In this document: piece by piece, positions 9,032-19,667 of the stretch
Numbering within the stretch: the first letter of the stretch is position 1
Layout: every line of letters starts with the position of its first letter
Source of the DNA: a virus
Taxonomy: Duplodnaviria; Caudoviricetes
Direction: 5' to 3' (one strand)
Virus record (IMG/VR): IMGVR_UViG_3300022217_000169
Coordinates: 6,746 to 70,745 of that record
Length of the DNA: 64,000 bases
Notes under the pieces: generated by a model
Seen by the model: the letters and a program-made list of their open reading frames with translations, nothing else
What the model was told of the DNA's origin: nothing
The model's database searches: none
Program-made: the position numbers and the translations under genes

Positions 9032-11113
9032 TTAAAAGATCACTTTTATAAGTTTTTTATAAGAATGACCTTCGACTTTGCAAATTAATGAATTTCTTCT
9101 TGTTGAACTAAAACCTAACCCAGATAATTGATTATTAGACTGTTCAACTTGCATTTTATAACTTAAAGCCTCAAGTACATGTTTATGAGGTTTTAATTCT
9201 GTATTTAAAAATTCATTAAAAAAACCATTTGTATTTTCATTGTTTATACAATCATTTAACATAAAGAAAAAGTGTTTATTTCCTATACCTTGTTCTTGCC
9301 AATGGTTAGGGGATAACATGAAAAATGAAACGGGATGAAATTGATTTATACGTATATTCCATTCAATATTAGATGACATAGATGATTTTAATAAATGAGT
9401 AATTTTAAAACCTTCTTTTTTATTATAATCAATTTGTGCTATTTTAATTATATCATTTTGTTTTACTGATTTGTTGTATGAATATGAATATATTTGACCA
9501 TCAAATTCTATTTCTGCTTGAAATCCACTTATTCCATTTCTATAGGAATAAACATGTATATATAACATATATTTACCTTCAAGCATTTTATTTAAATTCG
9601 TCCATATCATATTTTCAATAGCTATTTTATTTCCTGGATGTATTACATCAACATCTAATCTACAAGAAGAAGGATGAATTGTAGGAAGTCTATTTTGATA
9701 AAAGATATGATTACGGTTTGGTTCAATGCAATGAGCATCGAGATCATTTTGATTATCACCATTTTCATTCCATAATATTGAAAATCTTAATGGCCCTTCA
9801 ATTCTACCTCCTGCTAATTTAACTTGTTGTTTCATACTACTATCTGTAATATTATTTTTATAAGCCCAAGTTAAATCATTATTCCACTTAAACATAGATT
9901 TGCTATTCTTATTTTTAGAAGTTATTAATGATACTAAATTTGGAACAAGACGATTTTCAAATAATGCTTCAATTTTAGTAATTTTTGGCAAGATATTATG
10001 TATAAAATCATTTATTTCTATTGTTTCAATATTATTAAATTTTTTAGGATTTACAATGGCTTCCTTTTTCAATTCTCCAAATATATCATTTTCATCAATA
10101 TAAGTTATTACATCTTTGTTTGAAAAAAGAACATTATTTTTAGGAATATCATCTGGTATTGCAAATCTTCTACTTATGGATTCTTTATACCCCAATTCAG
10201 ATACTTTTTTCTCAGCATCTTCTACCATTCTTTTACTATATACTGGTTTTGAATGATAAAAATTATTAGGATCAACAATTTTTAAATACTTATTTCTGGC
10301 ATTATTTAATTCTACTCCTTTTGAAAGATCTAACAAAAATGGCCCAATCCATTGTAAAACATATTTATCGAACCTTGAAAAGAGAAAAAAATGATTTCTA
10401 AGTCTACTTATTCCGGTTCCAAGTTCTACAGATTTAATCCAAATATAATTATCTTTATCTTTTTCATCAATATTACTATATTCATTATGAACAAAAAGAA
10501 ACTTTTCTAATATATCTTTACATTCTTCAGCCTTATAAAGTTTTTTTCGTAATATAAGCTCAAGAGTTGTTTCAACAGATTCTTTAGAAATTTCTTCTAG
10601 TGCTCTTAAAAGACCATTTTTATTATCCCTAAAAACATCTTGAAAAGATCCTACTGTCTTATCCATATCAAAGATAAATCTTTTAGGAAGTTCCAATTGA
10701 AAATGATACCATTTAAAAGGAAGATCATCTCTTTTTTCAAAATTATAATCTATCCCAAAGATTTGTTCTTTTGCTACAAAAACATTACAAACAGAAAATG
10801 CTTTTACATATAAAGATAATGCATTAATAACTTGTTGGTATTTAGGATCTTCTATATTAAAATCCCAAATACTAATTAATTTATTATTCTTTATAATAAC
10901 AACATTCCCAAATGATTTAATAAAATGTCTGCAACAACTACAATCAAATTCTCTTTTTTCTCTATATACATTATTAGTCCCTTCCGGAAAACTATTAAGA
11001 TATAGATTCCAAAGATTATCTTTATTTGCCTCTGTTACAAATAGTGTATTTTGATCTTTTATTATATTATTAAAATTATTTTGAAATACTTTTTTAAATT
11101 CATTAAATTCCAT
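9032..11113 (-). CDS. large conserved phage protein with CxCC motif and C-terminal YfaP/TerD-like beta domain
   Basis: REFDCSCCRHFIK; LRFSILWN...NDLDAHCIEP...LDVD motif. Confidence 0.7.
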   Translation of the reverse strand: MEFNEFKKVFQNNFNNIIKDQNTLFVTEANKDNLWNLYLNSFPEGTNNVYREKREFDCSCCRHFIKSFGNVVIIKNNKLISIWDFNIEDPKYQQVINALSLYVKAFSVCNVFVAKEQIFGIDYNFEKRDDLPFKWYHFQLELPKRFIFDMDKTVGSFQDVFRDNKNGLLRALEEISKESVETTLELILRKKLYKAEECKDILEKFLFVHNEYSNIDEKDKDNYIWIKSVELGTGISRLRNHFFLFSRFDKYVLQWIGPFLLDLSKGVELNNARNKYLKIVDPNNFYHSKPVYSKRMVEDAEKKVSELGYKESISRRFAIPDDIPKNNVLFSNKDVITYIDENDIFGELKKEAIVNPKKFNNIETIEINDFIHNILPKITKIEALFENRLVPNLVSLITSKNKNSKSMFKWNNDLTWAYKNNITDSSMKQQVKLAGGRIEGPLRFSILWNENGDNQNDLDAHCIEPNRNHIFYQNRLPTIHPSSCRLDVDVIHPGNKIAIENMIWTNLNKMLEGKYMLYIHVYSYRNGISGFQAEIEFDGQIYSYSYNKSVKQNDIIKIAQIDYNKKEGFKITHLLKSSMSSNIEWNIRINQFHPVSFFMLSPNHWQEQGIGNKHFFFMLNDCINNENTNGFFNEFLNTELKPHKHVLEALSYKMQVEQSNNQLSGLGFSSTRRNSLICKVEGHSYKKLIKVIF

Positions 11114-11146
11114 GACAAAATCCTCTCTTTAATATTAATGCATATC

Positions 11147-12871
11147 TTATGCCCTATTATAAAAATCATATTGACCTTTACACATATAACGCCTGCTATT
11201 TTTATCGAATGTTAATTGAATACTACCTAAATCACCAAACTCCCTATTCTTTCTTACTATTAATAATCCATCTACCCTTTCCCCTTCTTCTAAATCTTCT
11301 TCTTCATCATCTAAGTTCCGCCATACAGTAATAACATTGTCCGCGGTATCAGTTATTTCACCTCTTCCTTTCACGTCTGTTTTATCCGGCTTATCTTTAT
11401 CAGATTCTTTTTTCCGTGAATGCGCAACTAAATGACAATGGACATCAAATTTTTTTGCAAAACCTTTATAATCCATAACAAACTCAACTTGGCTCATATC
11501 ATTGTTATCACCCGATCCTTTAAGTCTTATTTTCATTAATGAATCTATTACAAATTGTTTTATCCCATGTTTTCTAGCAGCATATTCAAATAGCTCAAAA
11601 ATCTTACTTCCATAAACATTATCTTCTATATCAAGTACTAGAAACCACTCATCTAACCATTCAAAAGTTTTTATTATTTCTTCTTCTGTTGGATTTTCCT
11701 TTCCTAATATTTGTTGAACGGCCCATTTTAAGTATCTCGCTGGCCTTAATTCAAGAGATGCAATACAAGCTTTAACTTCTTGAGCACATAATAATATACA
11801 ACATTGATTTAACATTGTTGATTTTCCGCAACCACCTTGACCTGTCCAAATAGTTAATTCACTATTTCTCCATCCCCTTATCAGTTTGTCTAATTCTGGT
11901 ATTCCAGTTGGTATTCCTTTATATTTTTCTGGATTTTTAAATATATCAATAACTTCTTCACAAAAATCTCCCGCAGTTTTGATTTCTAATGGTGCAAATT
12001 CTTCAGCATTTTCAAAACACTGTCCTATTTCATTATTTGATACGCTTTTTATAAGACATTCATTAGCATCTTTATATGGAAGTCTTATTGATTTACATCT
12101 CCAAATACCAAGTCTATTTATTATAGGTTTAACTGCATTTTGGCCTGCTGAATCTATATCCATGTTGATAAAAATTTCTTTAAATTGCTCTAAAAAATCC
12201 CACTCATTTTCTATCCATCTTAAATCATCCGCTCCATTTGGTACAGATACAACGTTATTAAGTCCTAATTGAGTTAATGCAATACAATCATATTCTCCTT
12301 CAGTTATAATTAATAAATTTTCTTCATCTTCTTCTATTGTTACATTATCTCTATTAAATAATACTGGTTCTGCATTTTCACATTGCCACATTTCCTTTGT
12401 ATGTTTTAATCTTGATTTTACATTAACTATGACTCCATCTTTATAATATGGAATTTTAATTTCTCCTTTAGTTCCTTCAAAAAGATTAAATTTATTTATA
12501 ATCTCTTTTGTAAATTTTCTTTCATTTTGTAAATATTCAATACTGTTATTACTTAATGGTAATTTAATAACAGTAGGTACTTTATATTTCTTAACTTTAT
12601 CAATCTTACCTTTTCTATTTTTAAAAAAAGGATCTATAGGTTTTGGATTATCCCCTAACATTTCTTGAAGCTGATAGAATGTTCCAGATTTACCGCAGTT
12701 ATTAATTCTTTTACAATTCCATAATCCAGAGTTAGCATTAATGGCAAATGATTTTTCCTGCTTACTTCCGCCATTGCAAAAAGGACATACCAGTATATAA
12801 TTTTCTCCGCTCGGTCTATCTTTTATATCATATTCAAGATTTTTGAAATCTAAATATTTTGAAACTTTCAT
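11147..12871 (-). CDS. T7 gp4/Twinkle-like primase-helicase
   Basis: Zn-binding CPFC...C...C, TOPRIM ITEGEYDC and MDIDSAG, Walker A GQGGCGKST, VIDSL, HLVAH, KNRE. Confidence 0.92.
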   Translation of the reverse strand: MKVSKYLDFKNLEYDIKDRPSGENYILVCPFCNGGSKQEKSFAINANSGLWNCKRINNCGKSGTFYQLQEMLGDNPKPIDPFFKNRKGKIDKVKKYKVPTVIKLPLSNNSIEYLQNERKFTKEIINKFNLFEGTKGEIKIPYYKDGVIVNVKSRLKHTKEMWQCENAEPVLFNRDNVTIEEDEENLLIITEGEYDCIALTQLGLNNVVSVPNGADDLRWIENEWDFLEQFKEIFINMDIDSAGQNAVKPIINRLGIWRCKSIRLPYKDANECLIKSVSNNEIGQCFENAEEFAPLEIKTAGDFCEEVIDIFKNPEKYKGIPTGIPELDKLIRGWRNSELTIWTGQGGCGKSTMLNQCCILLCAQEVKACIASLELRPARYLKWAVQQILGKENPTEEEIIKTFEWLDEWFLVLDIEDNVYGSKIFELFEYAARKHGIKQFVIDSLMKIRLKGSGDNNDMSQVEFVMDYKGFAKKFDVHCHLVAHSRKKESDKDKPDKTDVKGRGEITDTADNVITVWRNLDDEEEDLEEGERVDGLLIVRKNREFGDLGSIQLTFDKNSRRYMCKGQYDFYNRA

Positions 12872-12876
12872 ATTTA

Positions 12877-13121
12877 TTATGAATCTATAGTTATTTTATG
12901 TTTTGAATCCTTTATGGCTTTACTTATAACGCCAACAATAGGGAAATCAGAATAAATTCTTGTACTGATAACATAATTTATTGCTCTTGATACCGCGGAT
13001 AGTTTATAATGTTTAAGTTCGTTAAAATATAAATCATTTTTTTCTCATCAATTTCGCCTTTAAAATTTAGAGAAAGTTTTTCCATTAAATCAACAAAATC
13101 AGAGTATTCATTGTCTTTCAT
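12877..13121 (-). pseudogene. frameshifted helicase loader/inhibitor (G39P-like)
   Basis: MKDNEYSDFVDLMEKL...DEKK continues in the -1 frame as DLYFNELKHY...AINYV...FPIVGVI; break at an A7 run (13037-13043); lies between initiator and helicase. Confidence 0.5.
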
Positions 13122-13277
13122 AATTTCTTTATCTCTTCTTTTATTTCTTTTAATAGTTTTATTTGTTCATATATTAATTCTGTTTTATTCTCAAAACCTT
13201 CTAAATCTATTCTTTCATTTAAAATAGCAATTGGAATAAATAAATAATAATCTTCTATAACCGTATCAAGAGTAATA

Positions 13278-14120
13278 TCAATTCTTTTGATTAAATTTCT
13301 CTCTTGCTCTGTCAAATACTCCTTTTTTTTCTTCTGCATATGTAGCTTTTTTTCTTTTATTAATTAATTGGGTTAATAAAGTATCATATTTAGCTTTAAG
13401 AACATATGGATTTTTAACTATACCTTGCCAATAATTATCATGTACCGCATAATATATTACTTCTCTAATTTCATCATATGATTTACCACCAACAAAAATC
13501 ATTATATTAAAACCAGCTTCCCATTGACCCATGTTTGGCGTTTCAAAAACTGGATCAAATTTTCTTATTTCATCCAACATGTATTGTGCCAGTTTTCCGC
13601 CCAACGAATCAGGGTTAAATTTTCTTTTGGTTTTTTTCTTTTTCGCCTCGGCATTTAATAATATTAAAATTTCTTTCTTGTTTTTCTTTATGTATTGTAT
13701 AATATCTTTATTAAGTAGCGTTAGATTTACCGTGTTCGGTAAAACCGTGTTCGGTAAAACCGTGTTCGGTTTTTCTAATTGCGGTTTAGTCTCTTTATTA
13801 TCAAGGTCTAGTTGATTCAAGTTCGGGATTTCAGAGATTATATAATCGAATCCGCGGAACTTACCTTGTGAATCTTTTACAGGAAGTATTTTACAGTATC
13901 CACATGTTGATAATTCTTTTATACCCTCGTTAAAAGATGTAATTCCATCTTTAGCATGGTTGGAGGCTTCTTTTCTGTTTAATTCCCAATTATTAGGTAA
14001 GCATAACAAAAATCCAAGAATACCTTTAGCTCTCCATGACAATCGATTGTCATCCCTAAAAGGTGCTTTATTGACTACAAGAAAATCTGCTTTATGATGT
14101 TTAATTCTTATAAATTCCAT
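13278..14120 (-). CDS. phage replication initiator protein (HTH N-terminus)
   Basis: DNRLSWRAKGILGFLLCLPNNW...LSTCGY typical of phage Rep proteins; internal PNTVL repeats. Confidence 0.8.
   Translation of the reverse strand: MEFIRIKHHKADFLVVNKAPFRDDNRLSWRAKGILGFLLCLPNNWELNRKEASNHAKDGITSFNEGIKELSTCGYCKILPVKDSQGKFRGFDYIISEIPNLNQLDLDNKETKPQLEKPNTVLPNTVLPNTVNLTLLNKDIIQYIKKNKKEILILLNAEAKKKKTKRKFNPDSLGGKLAQYMLDEIRKFDPVFETPNMGQWEAGFNIMIFVGGKSYDEIREVIYYAVHDNYWQGIVKNPYVLKAKYDTLLTQLINKRKKATYAEEKKGVFDRAREKFNQKN
13729..13770. repeat. three 15-bp iterons ACCGTGTTCGGTAAA inside the rep gene
   Basis: Exact tandem repeats; each has the palindromic core ACCG-N4-CGGT. Confidence 0.85.
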
Positions 14121-14354
14121 TTTTACATACCTGTACTAAGATCTATATAAGACTTTTCTTATTTCATGAATTCTTTCAAGATAAAGTTTTTTTATTTCTT
14201 GACCATGAATATCTTCACCTAAACCATTATCAATTAAATCTTTACAAAACATTTCTAAAGCTACTCTTATAGTCATTGATTGACTAGTAGTTAATATAAT
14301 ATTATTTATGGTAATATTAGCTTCTTTATATTTTTTTATCATTTTTATCATTTT

Positions 14355-14630
14355 TTATACTTCTATTCCATATTTATCAACTGCGGTATACCAGTTATTT
14401 TCTTCATTCGGGCATTCTTCACAAAGTAATGCTAAACATCTTTTAATGCTTTTATTTGATTGGCCTAAGCTTTCTACTGAATGATCACATTCTGAACAAG
14501 TCACCCTCACTCCTGGACGGATCATTTTTTTACCATTAATTTCACTTTCAATTTCATCACAATATTCAACTTCACATTTTATTTCTTTTCTATCTATGTA
14601 GTTTTTAAATTCTGGATTTAGAAATGACAT
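14355..14630 (-). CDS. Cys-rich hypothetical protein
   Basis: CSECDH...CLALLCEECP. Confidence 0.6.
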   Translation of the reverse strand: MSFLNPEFKNYIDRKEIKCEVEYCDEIESEINGKKMIRPGVRVTCSECDHSVESLGQSNKSIKRCLALLCEECPNEENNWYTAVDKYGIEV

Positions 14631-15461
14631 CTTATTTCTCCCTTAAATTAATTTGCAGAATAAAAAATAATATAAGATTTTTACCGTAAGTTACGGTAAT
14701 TTTCTTTATAAAAGTATTTTTTATGTAGTTTTATATTACTTAATATTCCATATGCTTAAATCGAATAATTTGGGCTGTTTTTTCGATTTTACCTCTTCTT
14801 CCCTATCAGTATTGATTTTAGGGTTATTTTGCTTCAATAACATCTTAGTGATTTCTTGTTGTCTTTTAGTATATCCACGCGGTTTATAAAGATGAATAAA
14901 ATTAATAGGTATAATAAAATTATTTTCATCTTTTTTTATAGCTTCTAATTTTTCCATCTTTCTGATAATTTTTATATCGTTAGTCCAAATATGGGCTTCT
15001 TTACTTGCCTTACTAAATGTAATTATAGTTTCTACTTCAGTTTTTTTCATAACTTAAGGATTTTTTTCTTTATTATTTTTCTTAAATTATCTATAATTTC
15101 ATCTTGTTCCAATATTCTATAAAATAATACATATACGGCCTTATCACCTGTTAAATCTCTCAACGGCTTACCATATCTATCACATTTAAATTTTCCGCTT
15201 TTAGTATAATAAAACCTATATTTATCACCTATTAATTTTACTTCATCAGTAATGGTTTCATTATCTAACGAATTTTGAAGTGCTTTAGGTAAGGGTTGTT
15301 TGTATTTACCTTTCATCTCTTCTCCTTATATAAATAGGGCGACGACTTATTCCGTATCGCCGCCCCGTAAAGGCAATAACTTAACTTAAATTTTTTACAA
15401 TAACTACTAGGCACAGTTGTTAGAAGTAACTACCAACGGTAGTTATTGCCGTTATCTTCGG

Positions 15462-16022
15462 TCATAATAAGGTATAACCACTATTCAAATTATACATACT
15501 TTTTGAAACCGATGGAGCGGCAGCAATACGCACGGGGTAATTATATAAACCTGTTTCAATCACCGTCCTAACATTATCCGTTGGTTGAGAGGGGATGCGT
15601 CTAATATTTCTTATCAATAATATATTATGCACTCTGATGTGGTTATTGGAAACAAAATTAAAACTATTATATGCTCGTAATAAAAATAATTTGTGAGAGC
15701 ATATTGGATGTAATAAAGTAGTAGTATTATTACATAGAGAATCATCATCAATCAGTTGGGAAAAAACTACTACATTATTTGGACAGGACTGTATATCATT
15801 TGTTCGTGCCGGAGATAGATGATTTACGCCATCAACCGAGGTAAAAATAAAATTTATAGGTTCTATATGAGCTAGTAATAATTGTGGTGGAGGATGAGCA
15901 TAATGAATGATCTTCGCAATCTCATAATTGCCATAATATGAATTGAATCCATGTGACGGCTGAGAGAAGAACATCATCCCAACGATAATACATATAAACA
16001 ATAAAGAAAATATTTTCTTCAT
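15462..16022 (-). CDS. putative secreted protein of atypical composition
   Basis: SD AAAGGAG, signal peptide MKKIFSLLFICIIVGMMFFSQPSHG; K/E-poor body, unlike neighbours. Confidence 0.5.
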   Translation of the reverse strand: MKKIFSLLFICIIVGMMFFSQPSHGFNSYYGNYEIAKIIHYAHPPPQLLLAHIEPINFIFTSVDGVNHLSPARTNDIQSCPNNVVVFSQLIDDDSLCNNTTTLLHPICSHKLFLLRAYNSFNFVSNNHIRVHNILLIRNIRRIPSQPTDNVRTVIETGLYNYPVRIAAAPSVSKSMYNLNSGYTLL

Positions 16023-16095
16023 ATTGTCTCCTTTGAAAATAAAATTAATAATATTTTTTAATACAGAAAAGTTAAGTTATTGCACAAAAATTTAA

Positions 16096-16545
16096 TTAAA
16101 AAGGAAGTCCTCTTTCTGTTGTTGGTGAATCTGATGTTTCTGAGTTAGTCTCAGGTAACAGATATCTATCAACATTATTTTTAGGTCTTCCGTTCCATTC
16201 ACCAATACTAATTTTTGCTTCGACTGTTTTATTTATCCAATTATCTGTATCAAATTCAAAATCACCTTCGTATGGTTCGCCTATTGCATGTAGGAATCTT
16301 TTTGTTCTTCCTATAATTTTATGGGCAGGAGAGTTCTTATCTGGAATAATAATATTATCAAATATTCTACCTCCTTCGTAATCACCTTCTTCTATACATA
16401 CAAGGACTATTTTTGCCATATAATCATGGTTTTCTCTTGTTTCGCTATCTTCTATTTCCTTAATTTCAAACATGTAGTTACCATCAGGTAATACTGGATA
16501 ATCTGTTTGTTCTGGTATCCCTTCGTAATTTCGTCTACCTCTCAT
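16096..16545 (-). CDS. DUF669-like single-stranded DNA-binding protein
   Basis: YPVLPDGNY..., OB-like core, acidic tail ending LPF. Confidence 0.8.
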   Translation of the reverse strand: MRGRRNYEGIPEQTDYPVLPDGNYMFEIKEIEDSETRENHDYMAKIVLVCIEEGDYEGGRIFDNIIIPDKNSPAHKIIGRTKRFLHAIGEPYEGDFEFDTDNWINKTVEAKISIGEWNGRPKNNVDRYLLPETNSETSDSPTTERGLPF

Positions 16546-17954
16546 TATTTAAAAGCTCCTATCATTATATCTAATGAATCTAATATGTTTTCTGCTCCTT
16601 CTTGGGTTATTTCTTCCCAAGAATATAAATCAAATCCTTTAAAAAATTTTGCTTCAGATACTTCATGTTTTTCTAATTCTGCTTTTATCCTTTCTTTTTG
16701 ATCTTCTCTAATCGGTTCGTTTGGTTTGTATTCTTGTTTATCTACATATCCTTTCTTTTCATTTTTTATAGGTTGTTCTTCTTTTTGTTTTTCTTTTTGA
16801 GTATCTTGAATACCCATTGTTTCTTTATATTTTGGGAATACTTTAGATTCCCAATTATCCAGTATTGTACCAGCTTCTTTTTTTGAAAGCTTTGTTAATA
16901 TATTAATATGTTTCCAATTAACAACGTTATTCAAGAATAATTTAAAATCTTTAATTTGTATATCATTGACTTTTAATAGTTCTTTTATTTTTTTAATTTT
17001 ATTTTCTAAACTATCTTCGTTACTTTTTTCATTTAAATTTATTTCTTTTTTTCTCTCTTCTTTTTCTTCTTTCTCTTGTATTTCTACCTTATCTTCTTTT
17101 AATTCTTTTTTCTTATTATCAACAAAATCATTTACAGCTTTTTGAGCCTTTTTTGGTCCATCTTTTTTAATTTCAGATTCATCAGTTTTTTCGGTTTTAA
17201 TTTCCATTTTAGAATTTACAGTCGGTCTTTCAAGATATCTCTTATTATAAAACATAATAAGATTTTCGTAATGCCATTTAAATTCATCTGGAAATCTTTT
17301 TTCTTCAGGGTCTATTTCTTTAGGGAGTATTCTTTGTTTTTCACAAATAGCTTTATATTCTTTTCCTCTTTTAATCAATCTAAAAACAAAATCGAAGAAA
17401 TATTCATCGTCTTTATCTGAAGCAGATGTTATCCCGATAACCTTCTGACCATCTCCATATTTATCTTTTTGATGAGATATTGTAATAACATTCATATCTA
17501 ATTCTTTAAGTAATTCTAACATTCTATACCAATCTCTTTTTACTTTACTCCAAAATCTATATCCAAAATCTTCTAAAAAATCGGCTTTATCTATTGTTTT
17601 CTTTAATTTTGCTGCTTTTTCTATAATAGCATTATTAAATTTATCAGTCCATAATATTTGATCATTGGTATATAGTGTACTTAATTCGTCAATTATTAAT
17701 GTTTGAAATCTATGTGGTTCATTTTTTAAAGTTTGAAGTTCTTTTATTACTTCATAAATATTTGAGCATTCAAAAACCTCACTGTTTTGTTTTTGAATTA
17801 ATTTATAGTAACTATCTGTTTCTTTTGCTGTATCAATAATGTAAGCATTAGGAAATTGTAGAGCAGCTATTGTTTTCCCTGCTCCTGGTGGCCCATAAAT
17901 AAAACCTTTTAATCGCATATCTTTACATTGTGGTGTTTTTCCCCTTAATGGCAT
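16545..17954 (-). CDS. Sak4/AAA_24-like recombination ATPase with long charged C-terminal extension
   Basis: IYGPPGAGKT, LIIDELS, ITISHQKD; adjacent to the SSB gene. Confidence 0.8.
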   Translation of the reverse strand: MPLRGKTPQCKDMRLKGFIYGPPGAGKTIAALQFPNAYIIDTAKETDSYYKLIQKQNSEVFECSNIYEVIKELQTLKNEPHRFQTLIIDELSTLYTNDQILWTDKFNNAIIEKAAKLKKTIDKADFLEDFGYRFWSKVKRDWYRMLELLKELDMNVITISHQKDKYGDGQKVIGITSASDKDDEYFFDFVFRLIKRGKEYKAICEKQRILPKEIDPEEKRFPDEFKWHYENLIMFYNKRYLERPTVNSKMEIKTEKTDESEIKKDGPKKAQKAVNDFVDNKKKELKEDKVEIQEKEEKEERKKEINLNEKSNEDSLENKIKKIKELLKVNDIQIKDFKLFLNNVVNWKHINILTKLSKKEAGTILDNWESKVFPKYKETMGIQDTQKEKQKEEQPIKNEKKGYVDKQEYKPNEPIREDQKERIKAELEKHEVSEAKFFKGFDLYSWEEITQEGAENILDSLDIMIGAFK

Positions 17955-18198
17955 TTACTTATTCTCCTTTTTTAATTAAAATCATTATTGCGTTTGGATC
18001 ACTATCTGTTATTTCTACTTTGTAATCTGGATAATATTCGAGAAGTACATTAATTATATCTCTATGAGTATGAATTGTACTAAAACACCCATAAATATAT
18101 CCTATAAATATTATAGTTAAAAAACCCATAACTATACCAGTAATTATTTTTTTCATTATTTCTCCTTATTGAAATTGTTATTGATATGTATATATTAT

Positions 18199-18227
18199 AT
18201 TATAACTCATTGTTTATTATATTTCAA
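18199..18227 (-). promoter_or_regulatory. sigma70 promoter for the recombination operon
   Basis: TTGAAA-17-TATAAT on the minus strand. Confidence 0.65.
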
Positions 18228-18956
18228 TAGCGATTTTTATTCTTTTTTTTCCTTTTATATTTCATATTATATTTCATATTATTCATTATGCTGATTATTG
18301 GTAATGATATTATCAATACTACGCTCACTATTAGGCGTACTAACTCCATGAGTAAACTCCTTATGATCATTACATACCCAATTAAAAAAATCTTCTCCAA
18401 ATAGTTCTTTTATTAATTCATCAGCATTTAAATTCTTCTCCTCATCTTTAAAATTTATTCTTCTATATATTATTTCAATTATTCTTCCTGCATAAAACCC
18501 ATATTTTATTAGATTTAATTTTACAAACTCAGGATAATTTTTTTTTATATTTTTTTCATATATTTTATGTATCTCTAATCTTTGTTTAATCATATAAAAA
18601 AAATATTTTATATTACTTATCTCTTTTTTAGTAAATTTCATTTTTAAACCTATGATATTTATATAAGCAAATTTAATACCAATTAAGGAGCTTCTTCATA
18701 AAAAATAGTTATTGTAATATTAAAAAGATCACTAATATCTACTGATTCTGATTGTAAAATTTCATGAATTATAGTTCCTTCATTTTTTTTAAAAAATTCT
18801 TGTATTTCATCTTTTATATGAATAGCATTGCCACAAAAAACTTTAAGTTTTATTCTTTTATTTATAATGAACATTAGAATTTATTCCTTATATAACAATT
18901 TTTATTTTGTATTTTTTGTTACTATGACATATAATAATATAAAAAAGGTTTATAAA

Positions 18957-19562
18957 ATGCAAATGATAGAAAAGAATCAACATATATCCAATCTGATAAG
19001 CAACAAATATAATTGGGAAAAAATTAAGCGTGAATATGTAGAAGGATATGTAGATAAAGAAAATGTTCAAAAATGGCCTACTATGAAGGAATTGTCTATT
19101 AAACATGGTTGTCCTTCTGCATATTTAAGGCGCGTTGCTTCTGCTCAAAAATGGGTTATTGAAAAAAATAATTATGTAACAAATTATGAACATACCCTAC
19201 AAGAAGAAAAAATAAAATATTTAGCAAGAAAAGCCGCTAAATTTGATTCAAAATGTATTAAGTTAGCTGAAACAGGAATAAGTAAAGTTGAACAATGGCT
19301 AACCGAAAGAAGTAATACTATTGATGAAGGTGTCAAAGTTGTATTAACCATGGATGACCTTGAATTGGCGGCTAAAACAATTGAAAAATTCCAAAAAATA
19401 GGAAGATTAGCTTTAGGAAGCACTACTGACAATATAAGTAAAAGTATAAAAGTTCCTGGTAAACAAGTTACTTTTGCTGAAGGTCTTAATAATGTTATGC
19501 AACAAATAGAAGGTAATTCAGAATTAAAGAAACATATCATAGGTGAAATAGTTGATGAATAG
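18957..19562 (+). CDS. terS: putative terminase small subunit
   Basis: NWEKIKREYVEG...TMKELSIKHG...YLRRVASAQKW HTH pattern followed by helical oligomerisation region; ATG 18957 preferred over the TTG at 18828. Confidence 0.6.
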   Translation: MQMIEKNQHISNLISNKYNWEKIKREYVEGYVDKENVQKWPTMKELSIKHGCPSAYLRRVASAQKWVIEKNNYVTNYEHTLQEEKIKYLARKAAKFDSKCIKLAETGISKVEQWLTERSNTIDEGVKVVLTMDDLELAAKTIEKFQKIGRLALGSTTDNISKSIKVPGKQVTFAEGLNNVMQQIEGNSELKKHIIGEIVDE

Positions 19563-19667
19563 ATCATTATTCTTGCTATAAACTTTATTTCTTTTTGATT
19601 TATCATATGGTTAAGCCGAAATTTTAATTTTTTATATTTTAGTTTTTTGGATCTACAGTTTTTTTTG

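Noticed and set aside
10350-10395. Possible ~13-aa insertion or mini-intron (FFLFSRFDKYVLQ) in the 693-aa protein
   Set aside because: Based only on recollection of homologues; in frame, no splice structure seen; needs an alignment
15373-16083. IS element or retron
   Set aside because: No transposase, reverse transcriptase or target-site duplication; kept only as an inverted-repeat-flanked cassette
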